From Cystobasidiomycetes sp. EMM_F5 (taxonomy: Eukaryota): DNA of 34,502 bases. The notes beneath the pieces are model-generated. The model saw nothing but the letters and a program-made list of their open reading frames with translations, had not been told where the DNA came from and ran no database searches. Location of the stretch: the NCBI GenBank assembly GCA_051047955.1, contig JBPGPT010000063.1, positions 1-34,502 on the forward strand. Reading direction: 5' to 3'. The first letter of the stretch is position 1, and every line of letters begins with the position of its first letter. This document shows positions 1-13,690 of this stretch, in pieces. A program made the translations under genes and the position numbers.

Positions 1-1178
1 TAAATTAGTCGTCAGCTGTTGTCTCCTCATCAATTCATCAGCTCAAAATTTGAAGCCTCTATGCGAACTGCATAGCGAGTTTCTCGTCGTTGGTTTTCGT
101 TACGTTTTTCTCGTAATTGCTCCATCAATGTTCATAATCCAGTCACAACGCTCAGTTGAAGACAAGCTTATATGTTCTATCGTTGATGTCCATGCATGCT
201 ATCTTGAGGACGTGTAGCTCGCCCTGGAAGCATCTACTGTGCTTCCTCCACGGCTATTGCTTCAATCAGAACCAGCGGCTCCTGTGGTTTGCAAAGGTGG
301 GTACGTGAATATAACGGCCTGAAACCATACTCAAATAATGGTTAATGGAAGGGGTCGCCCATGCATCATTGGATCACCCGTCCCTTCTTAGCACGAGGCC
401 CTCAAAGTGCAGAAATCGCCACGAAACCGGACCCAACAGATCGCAATGCATAGTAATGGACGATATAGCATGTTCATAGTACGGCAACGACGTTTGTAAC
501 GCACAAAATGCCGGAACTGGACCTGAGACAAGCGTCACCGTTGGAGCCGAAGCGAAGCGGCTCTGAAGCCTACAGCCGCTTGACGAGACCGTTAGATGCA
601 GATATTCTGCTGCTCCAGGCACTTTTGGTGATTCTTGGGTGTCTGCGGGCTGTCTGTCCATTTTCGCAATTCTCAATGGTTTAGGTTGACAATTTATAAG
701 TTTATCTGCGCAACGAAAAAGACAAGACTGGTTCATTTGGACATTTACATAGATATATCGTTCATTTATGCAATATAAAGTTAGAAAAAGTTCATTTCCA
801 CAACTCGTTCGAAAAACGACCTCGTATCAGGCACAATTGACCCCTATGTAATTTGCGAGTCTTGTAGCTGTACTGTAAGATCAGAGTAGATACGAGACTG
901 TGATTGTACTGCACGGTAGATGAGATTCCATTCTAATCTTTTGAGACTTTCCCGACCATTTGCCCTTTTTTTTCTTGGCTGACTTCAACACAAACCTTGC
1001 GGAAGTCATATCCAATACTCAATACATTGTCTTCTTCCGTAGATTGATATTGACTCATTGCCGCCGACTTCAATCTACCTTCGAACAATATCAGCAGCAG
1101 CTGGCACAGTCTACGAGTAGATGCCATGCTATGTGATATCCACCATAGTCTCTTGAGTCTTTTCAAGACGGGTATCTA

Positions 1179-1286
1179 CGTAGGGGCTCAAAAACTCATA
1201 GTCGTTTGGGCGCGACTCTTATTCTAAAACCCCGTAGGGGCACAAAGACGCATAGTCACTGCCACGAGACTTGCATTGTAAAGTCA
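1179..1286. repeat. Degenerate 54-bp tandem direct repeat (2 copies)
   Basis: 1179-1232 and 1233-1286 align without gaps at 37/54 identity (CGTAGGGGC.CAAA.AC.CATAGTC...CG.GACT...ATT.TAAA). Confidence 0.7.
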
Positions 1287-1568
1287 CTCGGGCCCTGCTG
1301 ACTCGCTAGCAGGCTTTGAGTTTTTCGGACGCTGCGGATCTCATTCATTTCATCCGAGGATAAGCGCCTGCTGTATCTTTGGCGCAGATATGCGCGTTTT
1401 ACACGGTAAGGTTCGCTAAACGGTATTCGGTATCGTCATAAGCAGGCCATGTCGAGCAAGACTTCCGCAAAATGCGCCGTCACAAGCGATTTGTTTGATA
1501 ACAACGTTTAACCGATCTTTGCAAAATTCCGCCTATTACTTTGGCACAAACACTTCTCGACGTGCTCA

Positions 1569-2924
1569 TCAACGAACCGCTAAGTTTGCCATGTCTGAGG
1601 AGAGGCCGGCCGTGTTCCAGATCACGATGCGGCCGTCCAGACCAGAAGTGCTGATCTTGGATACCTCGGCTGTGTACTGGCCTTGATACGCTCGAATAGA
1701 AGTGATGGTATTCTGATGAGCTGTGTTCCTCTCCCCTCCGGCTTTCGTCGCGTTACTGGCGCCGACCGCTACTCCGGGACCCGCTCCAATGGCAGGCGTT
1801 GAGCTGATTCCTCTGCTATCAGCGGCTTTGAAACGATTGAAAGCCTCATTGCCGGACAATCCTCCACGACTTATACCTCTACCTGCATTGCCAGTGCGAC
1901 CTGCAGGGTCGTCTAAAGACTTGGACGTCATCCAGCCAGACTGATCGTTGCCGATGAAAATGATTGGCTCGTAATCGTGTCCAGCTGCTACGATTGTATG
2001 CTCGTTCGTGAAAATTAGAGAAAGGAAGGGCAGAGACGGCAAACGAATGTTGTATACAGCTTGCGGCGGCTGCTCAGGGCCTGCAGGATACGCGACGGTG
2101 ATGGACGCATCGTGGCTTGCAAAGGCGAGAGCGTTCCCGGAGGGTGAAAAGGCAACAGCGTGAACCCATCCGCCAGACATCGATTGATATTCGCCACAGA
2201 CGGTGTTGAAAGGAAGCTTCGTGCCCCAAACCGTGGGTTCCGGCCTGTTCAACAGCATATCAGCTGTCCAACTTCGCCGAGCTTGCGCACCGTCAAGGTA
2301 CGGCGGCTCACTTTTGGTCAACTTCCTTTAGGTATGCGGAGAAGACTCTAGCTTTGGAGTCAGCAGCACCGGCCGCCAGTAGCACACCATTCGGATGCCA
2401 GTCTAGACTGAGGACTGTCGACCTCAGCGGCTTCTTGATATGCTTTGCTATCCACCAATTCTGTTCCTGGTCGAACTGGCACACTGCAATTGTACGTGCA
2501 CCGGACCCGACTGCAAACTTGGTCTCATTCGGCGACCATTTGAGGCACGTTGCACTCCTGTTGAGCCGAAGCAGGACAAGGGTTGGACTCCACGATTTCG
2601 TATTGCCATCCTGTTCCCATACATAGGCGTTACGATCTTGCGAGCAGGACACGATGCGTCCGGATTTTGGTGCCCAATCTATGGATGTAATGACCTTGTC
2701 GTGCTCGTCCAGCGAGTGCTGCAGTGTCCAGGACGAACCGGATTTCGAATAGATGTCCAGGGTCGATGTGTTTGCGCAGACTGCCAGGGCTGAGTGTCCG
2801 ACCGGTGCGTAGAAAAATATAAGCATTGACGTCTAGTAGAAGTGTATCCGCCCTCACCGTCTCGTCCTGCGTTGAAGGCATGAGCCGTCAGCGGTGACGT
2901 TGTAATCTGATATTCGGCGTCCAT
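1569..2924 (-). CDS. ARC40: Arp2/3 complex subunit 1 (ARPC1/Arc40), WD40 repeat protein
   Basis: Predicted complement(join(1569..2244,2312..2789,2858..2924)) with GT-AG introns. The protein reads [29 protein letters not shown]...[30 protein letters not shown]...[13 protein letters not shown]...[30 protein letters not shown]...HQNTITSIR...[12 protein letters not shown], all hallmark ARPC1 segments. Confidence 0.95.
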
Positions 2925-3375
2925 GGTTCTTTAGCGGGGCCAGTGACTCGTGCTTGCTGGCAGGACTAGCAGTCTACTGTCAGATGTCGTAGAGCGGTAA
3001 TCGCAGAGTTATGATTGCACTGGTTGGAAGGAGAACAACCCAGACAGCTGGTGACATTTCCAATTCAAAGAACGAAGATGGCACTCCATCTTCCAATCAA
3101 TATCAAGGACACTCATGAAAGCTATGCTCAGTTGATGAAAGCAAAGGCAGTCAGCAGCATTAGGCGGCTCTGGCTCGCCATCTGAAAACAACCCCGCCCC
3201 GCTTGACAAGCCCTCGTCGGGCTGGCGGGCAGCTCTGCAACTAACAAGCAAGCACGCCGAAGCCAATGGGCAAGCTCTCAACCCGACGCGCCCTTCTTGC
3301 TTTGCATCTAACTCCTGGAAACCGCTTATCGCACTTTACACCCTGATATTATACGCCAACTGATCCATTTCGGCC

Positions 3376-6300
3376 ATGTCAGCGTTCGGCATGACGGGCA
3401 CATTCCAGATACAGTATGCCTGGCAAATCTTTGTGCTCAAGTTCCTGTTGGTCGTGGTCACAGCATGGCTGTTCGTCCGGTTGAGTCTGTCCTTCCTACT
3501 GTCGACCTTCCTTCATTCGCATATACGCATCGGTCATGTAGGATGGTTCAGCTTTGGCAACATCCAATGGGAAATTGGCAGGCATGCATGGAACACGTCA
3601 AAGACACTTCGCGTGCATCGCGTAAACGTAGGCCGCATAGGGTGGGTAATTAGGTCTGGATCAGCAAAGCACAATGATGCAAAAGGCATCGGGTGGCTTG
3701 GGTTCGCCTTGACGGAGGTTACTGCGGAGATAGCTCTTGTTGCACCGAAAAGTCTCTCAACGGTCGACCCTGCTCCTCCACAAGAAAACGGCAATACCGT
3801 CCACGGCGACGGTAACAAGCAGGATGCTCATCGAAGCGGAAAGTACAACGCACCGCAACGACATGTCGCTCCGTCAACTATCCTGGGCCAGTTCCGTGCT
3901 ATCATTGTAAATATTCACCAAGCTCGCAGGGCTCTTCGCACGCGGCTCGTTGAACTGGCACCAAAACTCGTAGGGCACGGCGTCATACGTGCTCGCGACT
4001 ACTTCACAGCTCCGCTTCGGAGTGTACTGGACAGTTTCGTAAGACGGGCAATGCTTGGTGCTCAGTATCTGGCCATCGAGCTTGCCAACGTAGTTATCAG
4101 CATGCCTGAGATTCAATATGAGCTGCGACTGCAGTCACTCCTTCTAGGTGCGCAAATCGTCCGAGGCCAGCAAAACTACATAGAGTTCTGGTCTCGCATC
4201 GAAAATATAGCCCTCTCAGCTCAACAGCAGACGCAAGACACGTGTAATGAGACAGTGCACCACAAGAATCAGAGTGTCACACCTGTCCTCAGCGTGAGTG
4301 AGACGTTTACTATTGAGGCTCGAGCGAGCTTCGATCCGGCAGTTGGCATTTCTGGCCTGTGTAAGCGGAATTCGTCAGGATCTCTGGAACCGCGCAAATC
4401 GATTCTAGACGTACATGCCGGCTTCGAAAGCGAGGCGGTATCAGACCACAACGAACGCTCAAAGGTGCGACCATCGGTACATGTCTTTATGACTTCTGCA
4501 TTGGACCTGGCGAACCGTATCACATCGCGCCTGTCGCCAAAACCTCATCTTGGACCACACTTAGGTCCGCACATGCATCGGCCGACCAATTGGGATACGG
4601 ACGGCCCAATGCACACGCTGTCCGAAACATCAAGCCCCATTGCAACGCGGCAAAACCCACTGGGCATGCTGAAAGCTGTTCGCTTTGTGTTACCATTGTG
4701 TCTCGTAGAAGCAGAAGTGCAGAGTAGTGACCACACGCCTCTGAAATACATATACGAAGCCAAGCTTCGCGGTCTCGCTATCAAGATCGCCCTTGGCGAG
4801 GTGATCGACAATACTCGCAAGCACTCGGAATGGTTCGGAAGTCGTACTGCCCTCAAGGCAGCTGCTGGCTGTGGGTTCGAAAAGCTCGAGATTAATGCGA
4901 TGGCAGTGTCAAACAACAATTGTACGTTCTCGCGCCATGGGCGAAGCGGTAACGATACTGACATCCACGCCCCTGACCAGACACAGTGGTATCCGCATCC
5001 CGCTTGATAGAGATCACCGCTTCCGGCGCAAGCCTCACGTCGACATGGCTGCCGAGAAGGCTGGACATGCTCGTCACACCGGTACAGGACCTCATTACTG
5101 AAGGCAAGACCGCCAAAGCGGCCTTCGTTGAAGATCGGAACGCTTGCATTGCGATAATCGAATGCGACATTGGTGGCATTCATGGCGAAGTGGGCATAGA
5201 CATGCTTGAGGATATACTTCGTCTACTAGCGGTCGCGAACACAGCTCCAGCTGGACCGCACACCGATGCTTCCACACCTGATAGACACAATGATCTGGAC
5301 AAGCTTTTGTACACCCCTCCTTCGATTGTGATGGCCGTGGAATTGGGCAGATGTGGCTATCGCATTACCGGGCCGAAAAAAGAACACAAGTCACACTTTG
5401 GACCAGGCGAAGATGGCGGTGACTTGACGAACGGGTGGAAAGGGCCATCAGCTATGGTTTTATCGATACCATTCGCGTCCTTTCACGTTTCCACCGCATA
5501 TACTGACGTGTGCCTTCAACGCACGCTGAACGAGAAGAAAGAAATGCTACGACTCTTACGGAAGGGCAAGATACCCATTCCGGACGTTCTAAGCGCCAGT
5601 CTCGACCGACAGTCCGATGGTGGGGCTCCTCCCGGTCTAAGTCGCTCGACTCGTCTGCGACTTTTCGATTTCAGTGGAGACAGCCTCGGTGAGGACGATG
5701 AGTCTGGCTCGGCGACTCTCTCACCGATGGAATCGCCTGCTGCCTTCCCACGTAACCAACAGAGTCCTACTCATGCAGATCTCAGCGACTGCCCCTTTAT
5801 CCGACCGGGCAACACTTCCGGCAGTTTCAACGCGCCCGTCACTATCGCTGTCCGCGCGAGCGAAGACGGAATGCGTATGCACCACTTTGTCTATAAGGTG
5901 CAATCTTACCTGAACATCGGCCGTTCGGAACTCTGTTTAATAGGCCATCCCGAAAGCTCTATTGCTAATGCAACTCGAACCAACCCGACCTCGGCGGGAA
6001 CATCCAGGACTTCCTTCCCACCACAATCTTCGACATCTCCATCTACACCTAGTCGACAACAACCGAAGACTGCCTACCTCGAACGCTTTGACCTCTTGTC
6101 GTTTGGACCCGTTACATTTGACACAGCGCTTGAAATGGCTGGATCGGAAGTGCGGGATCGCGTTGCTACGATGGCTGGAATCGATACGCATTCGGCTGTA
6201 GTTGATTGTCAACATCGTAGAGCCACCATAAGGCTACAGATTGAGAATGTTTTGGCCGACTTGACGCGAATCAGCGTGCATGATGCCCTCAACGGCCTTG

Positions 6301-9300
6301 TGCAGCGCCTATATGACGTCAAGAGTTCGTTCCACGCATCAAGCTTCAGTGGAATAGATACCGCCCAACCTGCTTCATGTACGTCGCATCAGGAGCACCT
6401 CGACAGCGCGCCAATACCAGGGACGCGTCCTTTCATCGATCGTCTACTGTCCGATGTTCACGTAGTGTTGGGCATTGGCAATATTGACATTCACGTTGCT
6501 GGGCCTGATCCCAAATGCAATCCAGGAGTCTGTCGAGGCGTCGCTATCCAGATCCAAACTGCCGTCATCGAGTGCTATAAGCAGTCACGCCCCCATAAAG
6601 TTTTGGTGGAACCCCACGTACGTGCGTCACTTGGATTACAATATGATCTCTTCGCGCACGCAAATGTCGAACAGTCCCGCCTACCTCATATTCCGCAGGG
6701 TTATGTTATGCTTTCTCTAGCCAAGTTAAGCATAAATCCCCTTAAGGATGCTGGTACGTCCTCGAGGTCTGCCCGGGTTCTCCGCGCAAAAACAAGCGTA
6801 AACAGTGAAGGACAAGAGGAGGCGGGTTCTGCAGTTCCATGGGAACTACGAAATCGTGACAAGCTGCTTGGCAGAAAAGCACACCGCTACTTTGACGATG
6901 TCAAAAATCGACAGGCGAACATCTCCCACGCACTTATCAGAGATTACGTATGGCTCCCGTCGCTGTCTGTACGTATATCGACGTGGGCAGATGAAGACGC
7001 GAGCAGCCCTGTCAGCCACTTTGGCATCGATCTCAGCGTCCCAACTATCATTATACGCATCGAGATCTTCCCGATCTATTGCTATTTGATGGCCTTCTCC
7101 GCGCTACAATCTCTCTTGCCGATTGGACGCTCTCCTACGTCGGCGTCGGCCGCGTCTGTACCAGATCATCTTACACATCAGCAAGCGGTTGTGCGGTTCC
7201 GAGCGACACTCCCTGAATTGCATGCGTATCTCGACCTTGGTCACAATGTGCAGCTCTTCGCACGCTTTCGTAATACTAGAGTCACAAAATCTAGCTCCGG
7301 CGAAACTGTCTGTTATATTGAGCATGGCATTGTGGCTGTGGCAAGCGTATCCTCAAAAGGTCGGTGGGAAGATCTGCTGCGTCTGCGAGAATGGAACGTC
7401 ACCTTAAGCGAGGAGGATAGTCACAAGGGCTACGGCAAGCACTCTGTCAACCTCAGCGGTATGGGCGCGAGATTGCGCATACCTTTTGCCTACCCGTTCT
7501 CAGAAGTTATCGAGCACTCTGCGACTTTCGTGAAGACGCTGAAGCAGCTAATGCATCAATTCATCCAAGGACAGTACAACTTTGTCATTAATCCGCATCC
7601 CGAGGATGCCAAGAAGCTTCCCCGGATCAGAGTCGCACTGAAAGTGCTTGTTCTGGAAGCGGAAGATGACCCCTTTGAGACAAGAATCAATCTCATTTGG
7701 CGTGCCGGCGTGGCAGAGCAGGCCGAAAGAGTAAAACGATGGAAAGTCTTTGATGATAAAGTCGCACAGCACAAAGCTGACATCCAGGCATGGCGAGATG
7801 GCGGCTGCGAGGGTGCGGGTCCGCAGCATGCAGTCCAGGAGCAGGACGCTCGGGCTATGCTGATGGGTGTCAACTCCACTAAGTGGGTGCAGCGCCATCG
7901 CAATGCTGTGGCAACCCGAGTGAGCAGAGAAGAGGCACAGCTACGGCGCTTGTATGCAGGACGAGTCACAGCAGGAGCGCTCGTCGAATCAGGCCTACCC
8001 ATTGATCTTATTTCCACGACCGGCAGCACACCCTTATTCCGCATGGCACTTGAGTCGCCAGTCCTTGAATTCACAAAGCCATCCTTCTCAGAATCTCCGA
8101 CCGGTCTCCAGGACTTCCTGTTCGACGTGGGCAAAGGCATGCCCAAGGACACTCAGTACTCGCTCTTGATACCTTTTCGTATACACTGGCAGATGAGCGA
8201 GGCCAGGGTAACGCTTCGTGACTTTCCATTACCGCTGCTGCACGTTCCTCCGGTTGATGCTACCGACCACAACCATAAGTCGTGGCAATTGTCAAGCGAC
8301 TTTGTGATTGCAGAAGAGATGGGAGGACCCGAGACAATTCGATACGTGCCTTCGCTAATTGTGCCCCGTGCGGGCAACACTGGCAGTCCGCATGTTCCGT
8401 ATATTATGGAGGTGCCCCGCACCGCCATGCCTGTCAAGATGTATGCCGTCCCAAAGATTGTCATCAATTCTAAATGGGCTACGCGTATAGGGTGGGGGAA
8501 TTCTATCCAGCCTACTATACAGGATGTGATGCGAGTCATTGACTCGCTGACCAAATCCCCTCCCGACCCGTCTGAGCGCATGGGATTTTGGGACAAGATC
8601 CGGCTCAAACTTCATTGGCGGATATGTATCGACTTTGAAGGCGAAGGCCCATTACATTTCATCCTGAAAGGCTCCCGCGATCCATATAGCCTCGAACACA
8701 CCGGGGCTGGGTTTGCTCTGTGCTGGTCAAAGTCTGTCCGTTGGCAGATCGGCCACAAGAATAACGAGAATGAATTCTTCCAGATTCACAGCAAGGAATT
8801 CGTGCTGGCAGTACCAGGTCCGTGCCTTTTGTCCCCCTCCGATCGTCAGCTGGGCACCGATACTGATGAGTGACCCGAAAATCAGACTTGAAGGATTTTG
8901 TCGATGCCGCAGCTACTGGGATCATCAAGCGGCAGACGATGTCTGACGCAGTCGACGAGTCTGGAGTAGGTATACATTCATCGCATGACTCCGCTCGTCC
9001 TGTCTACCGAACCAATCAGGATTTTGCCAAAGTCTGCGCGAAGTTCCTCGGCGGGGTTAGATGGGGCATAGGCATGAGAATGGAGCGCGCTTGTCGACCC
9101 GATACATGTATAACGGGAAAGTGCTCTGGTAGCCTCCTACAGCGCGCGTGTCGTCTGTGGGACTTCGTCCCTCACTACAAGGTCTCAACGCTTTCCGGTC
9201 CAGCCGTTCGGCCTAGCCCCGTGAGCCCGTTCTTTGTCCGTCAGCCACTTTTCCAGACCGCACTGACACCTTCACGCAGGAGCACGACTCCTTTGCTGGC

Positions 9301-12300
9301 TTCCGGTCCGATTTTGTGCACTTCTCGGTCTCTGTCGCTGCACCTGACGCTCAAGAGAAGGCAAACTCAATCCATATGACGCCAAATGCGTTCGATCACT
9401 TTTGGTCATGGTGGCATCTTTTCGACGGTACCCTGTCATTACCTATTCGCCAAGGCAGAATTTTCCCAAGCACACAACCCGCTAGCAAGAAATTTGGTAA
9501 AAGTTGTGCGACAATCAAGTACCGTGCCCAATTGTCTCCGGTATTCATAGCACACACTAGCCAGCAGCACGAGCGTGCGGATGAATGGCGTGAGGGTTTC
9601 ACAACTTTATTCGGCATAAAGGGACGCATCGATCATTTCAATGTTGATCTTCATCAACGCGAAGAAGTGGATCATGTATGGAGCGAAGGGCTCAATATGA
9701 CGAGGAGACGGACGCACAAGCCCTTCTGGCGAGCCGAAGTAGACTGTCGCGTCACCGATCTCAGAGTTCTCGTGACTCGCTACCTTGACGTTACGAAGCG
9801 TCTGGTGGGAACAACAATGGCCTTTGCACCAGAAGAGCCTGATGACGTGCCGGAACTATTTGGGCTGGATGACCCTGATAACCAGCATGCTGATGATGAT
9901 CAGGCATGGCTCGACCGCGATGACTATTGCGATCTAGGAATAAGGTTACCGGAGCAAACCCCTCGATTCCGCATGTGGCCATGCTTCACATCGCCCAGAT
10001 TGACCTACTCACGTAATACGGAACCCCAGCATGTCAGTCTGGAAGACGACGGAAGCGCACAGAGCGATCGCTGTGGCGTGTCCAAATTCAACAAAGAGAG
10101 TACTCACTTCTGTCTCCTTGACAGAGCTGCCAGTCCGTTCATTCACATACTCAATCGAAGTGGTGCTGAAAACGTTCCGAATACAGATCCAATTGACGTG
10201 CAGCTGGCCCTGGCGCAAGATCGGAGTACGGAACTTGAACAAGAACTATTGCAGGCGCACATGTCGAAAATGGACGCTGTTAGTGGAATGAGGCTAATAC
10301 CCCTTTCCATTGTTAATGTGGCTGACTCTATAGTTGAGCAGACCGCAAACGACATCGCTTCGTTGCATCGGCAACTCGAAGGCATTGACAAGCTGCTTGA
10401 TCGGTACCGCCTCTTACAAAAGGAAGAGGCTCGTCGTCGTGCTGCGACGGCCGGGCAAGATGATCAAACAGCAGAAGACAACTTTGCCAGCATACTCCAA
10501 GACAAGGCTGAAGGTCTCGACTCCAACATCTATGCAGATATTGGTGAATTCGTCAATCGCTTAGTTATACACAATCCACACGTAGTCGTAACGCAACAGA
10601 TACGCGACATTTTGTTGCGATACTACTACAACTCCCGCACTCGAAAGCTCTTGGAATGTGGGTGATTTCCATACAGTCTGTTACTTGCGCACTCTGACCG
10701 CATACATTCCAGATGCCATGACTGCTAAAGCCATCAAATTCATCAAGGACCTGATAGTCGACGAGTCTGACCCCAACGAGGCACGAGAGCAAGAACGTCG
10801 GCAGAGAGCGCAGCGACGGAGGGGTCCTCCGCCTAATACAGCCGGCAAAGCGAAGCACAAGGACTATGGCGACCTTTTGGACGAGTTGCTGAAAGACGAT
10901 GGCGTTCGGTGGAGCTTGAACAGCACACGTAGTGGGCGCACCACTTCGGCTGCCAGCGAGTCCGACTCCTTAGCTTCGACACACGAAGCGGATCCTCACG
11001 CAGAGGCGGCACAAGACTTGGCCGATACTTGGAGCATACGCAATTCTTTCATTGTATCCATATTTAAACCTCAAATCGCCCTCAATTCGGACACCAGTAT
11101 CGACACAACTCTCATAGTGTCTGCTCTAGCTGTACAGCTACGATCATTTGCCGTCATGGACGAAAAGCACATTGAGGACCCCGTCAATGCTTTAGTCATG
11201 CATCGAAATTTCGGTACGATCGATCAATTGCAGGCCTTTTACCCACATATGCGAGGATGGAGGAGCGGCAAACGATCCCGCCTACTTGGTTCCGCTGCCG
11301 GTTTTGTCCCGCTTGAAGTACTTGCGGGATATGCTGATGATCCGGCTGATCTGGATCGCATCGTGCCCAGAACAGGCGCACGTCTGCGCTACGACAAACA
11401 TAATCGTCTGAGATTGGCTCGGAATCGCGACAGTAGCGGCGGTAGGACGAAACTGAGCGACAGCTGTTCTAGCAGTGTCGACCGTCTATTGGTCGATTGC
11501 GAACGCTTTTCCGTATCTGCAACTCCCACGCACTATGGGGCCATCTACGAGGTAATCACAGGTCTCATCTTGTACACGGATCCAAACCAGAAAGCGAGGT
11601 CGCAGAAGATAGAGAAGATAGTCCTGTCTAAGAGCTTCTCCGATAGGCAAGGCATTGCTCGCCAAATCGAAATGCAACAACAGGAGCTTCGTGCCCTCAT
11701 GACGGAAGCTATCCGAGATGCACAAGTCGGTGTTGAAACTTTGTCTCCCGACGAACTTCTTCGCTACTATACGCGAGGTAGCGACATACTCAACAGAATG
11801 GACGTGCTCACCTTGTGGATGAGCGCAATTCAGACTGCTCAGAATACGCGCAACTCGGGCAGATCCATGGGTATGCAGCTGGACGCCAAGGCTCGCGAGA
11901 TCGTGTGGCATATGCGAGAAGAGCACGGCACGCCTCTGGTGAAGGTGGCAATTCAGCGCATCCAATACCGCTGGCTCAACAGCAGTGACGGCTCTGTATC
12001 CAATGCGCTGGTGATTGGCGATCTCAACGCCCTCAATAGCAGTCCTGACCAATATTTTCCCGAAATCGTTTCTAAATACTTTCCCACCACTGGTGAACAA
12101 AATACAATGCGGTCAGATCTCTTCGCAGTTTTGCTGTGGTCTATCCAATCCCCTGTTGGAGGCATTGCTGTAGTAGACCGCTTAGAGACGCATCTACACT
12201 TTATACGCTTGCAACTGGAACAGACCATCGGAAAAAAGGTGATGAATTACATATTTCAGCAACGATCGCCTCGCAATGTGGGGAAGGGGAGCAGTCGAGA

Positions 12301-13492
12301 GTCGTCACCCACTCGCGACAATGGTGGGGACCCGAGTGGACGGAAACGTTTGGCCAAAACCCCTTCGAGGGAGAGCCTGTTGTATGGGCGACAATCACAA
12401 GAAGTCGTCGTTTCACCTCGAAGCGATGTTTCTTCTCTTCGAGTGCCGGGTTCAGCCAGCTCAACCGCATCAATGACCTCGTCGCGGGCTGCCTCTTTGC
12501 GACAGGTATCTTCGAATGAAAGTCTGGGTCTTATCGCTGCAAGAATGGATGACTATCTGGATGCCGAGGAGATGCGAGAGCGGGCCCGCCTTAATCGAGC
12601 ATTTCTGCATGTCGAAATATTTCCAACTACGTTCTGTTTGTCCTTCAAGGTCAGTTGTTGCACATCAATCCTCAAATCGAGGTTTCAGACTAAATGCTGT
12701 AGTTGATGTAGGGATCTAAATCGACAAGCGTTCCAGATGTTTATGGTCTCATCTACAAATTCCCTCCGGTTGTCCATTGTAATCGTATCTGGACTTGTAA
12801 GCTTCGCTGCAACTCCCTCCATACGAGTCTGACTGTTTCTTCCATATGTAGACCTGGACTTGATTACGAGCGTGAAAAAGGGTGCGTGTAGGCGGATATG
12901 AATCGCATTGCAACCTGCTAACCTGTTCTGGATTTAAATAGATTGGAAAGCGAGTGTATGGGCGCAGGGTGCAGGTCTCCTTGGCCAAGTATTGACCACA
13001 GCCAGGCGTCCAGGAAACGTAAAGAACGTGGTACAACAACGTCTGCTCGGCCATTCGGGGAACGACAAGTCTTCACCTAGTCAGCCGACAGGATTTCGTA
13101 AAAAACGAACGTTCACAGGGCCATTCCGTCTTCGAGCTAGCAATAGTGGCGAGCCTGCAGCGATCTCTTCTGTGCAACCTGGCCCAACCTCTCCGCTTCG
13201 TGCGTCTGTGCTAGGTTCGCGTACAGACACTCCGCACGTTGCGTCACACAACGACAGCCAACCCTTTGTTGCCGGCTCAAATGAATCCGACAGCGATCAC
13301 GATACTTCCTCCTCTTCTTCGAGTCCTGCAGGCGACAGCGGGAATGATGTGTTGGATGACTATGCTGATCATTCCACCGTATTTGAAGACTCGCCAGGCA
13401 GATCCGGCAGTCTGAAGAATGCTATCGTCACGAGGTTGCGCCATCCTACAGGTGACTCATCCGCCACAGCCTTCACCGCCACAAGTTCGTAG
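3376..13492 (+). CDS. FMP27: FMP27/Hobbit/BLTP2-like bridge-like lipid transfer protein (~3,200 aa, multi-exon)
   Basis: An N-terminal hydrophobic anchor is followed by family-typical motifs: EDDPFETRINLIW, DTQYSLLIP, LRDFPLPLL, PPDPSERMGFWDK (GFWDK motif), LKGSRDPY, GAGFALCW, GFRSDFVHFS, HMTPNAFDHFWSWWHLF, SLPIRQG..F...KKFGK, VDLHQREE. Predicted introns: 4922-4980, 8818-8885, 9221-9279, 10133-10186, 10279-10341, 10658-10712, 12650-12711, 12797-12851, 12882-12941. Stop is TAG at 13490-13492. Confidence 0.9.
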
Positions 13493-13690
13493 CAGGGATA
13501 AATATTCGCATGACGCTTTGGACACTATGCTTTCTCCTTGTCGAAACTTTCACATCTTGCAGTAGTGACATTGACCTGTCAGACGCGTCGATGTTGTACT
13601 TAGTCGCATGACGTTGGAATTGTATTATGATTTTCAGCATGACCTTGTGGCGTGGGCGCCTCACCTTTTCATCTGCCAATGATTGGTAGA

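Noticed and set aside
950..1350. A minus-strand frame that looked like a C-to-T-mutated (RIP-like) pseudogene
   Set aside because: About 7 stops in roughly 125 codons is close to random expectation, and no protein family was recognisable.
4543..4572. PHLG-PHLG-PH 12-bp mini-duplication in FMP27
   Set aside because: It is an ordinary short in-frame slippage repeat in a disordered loop.
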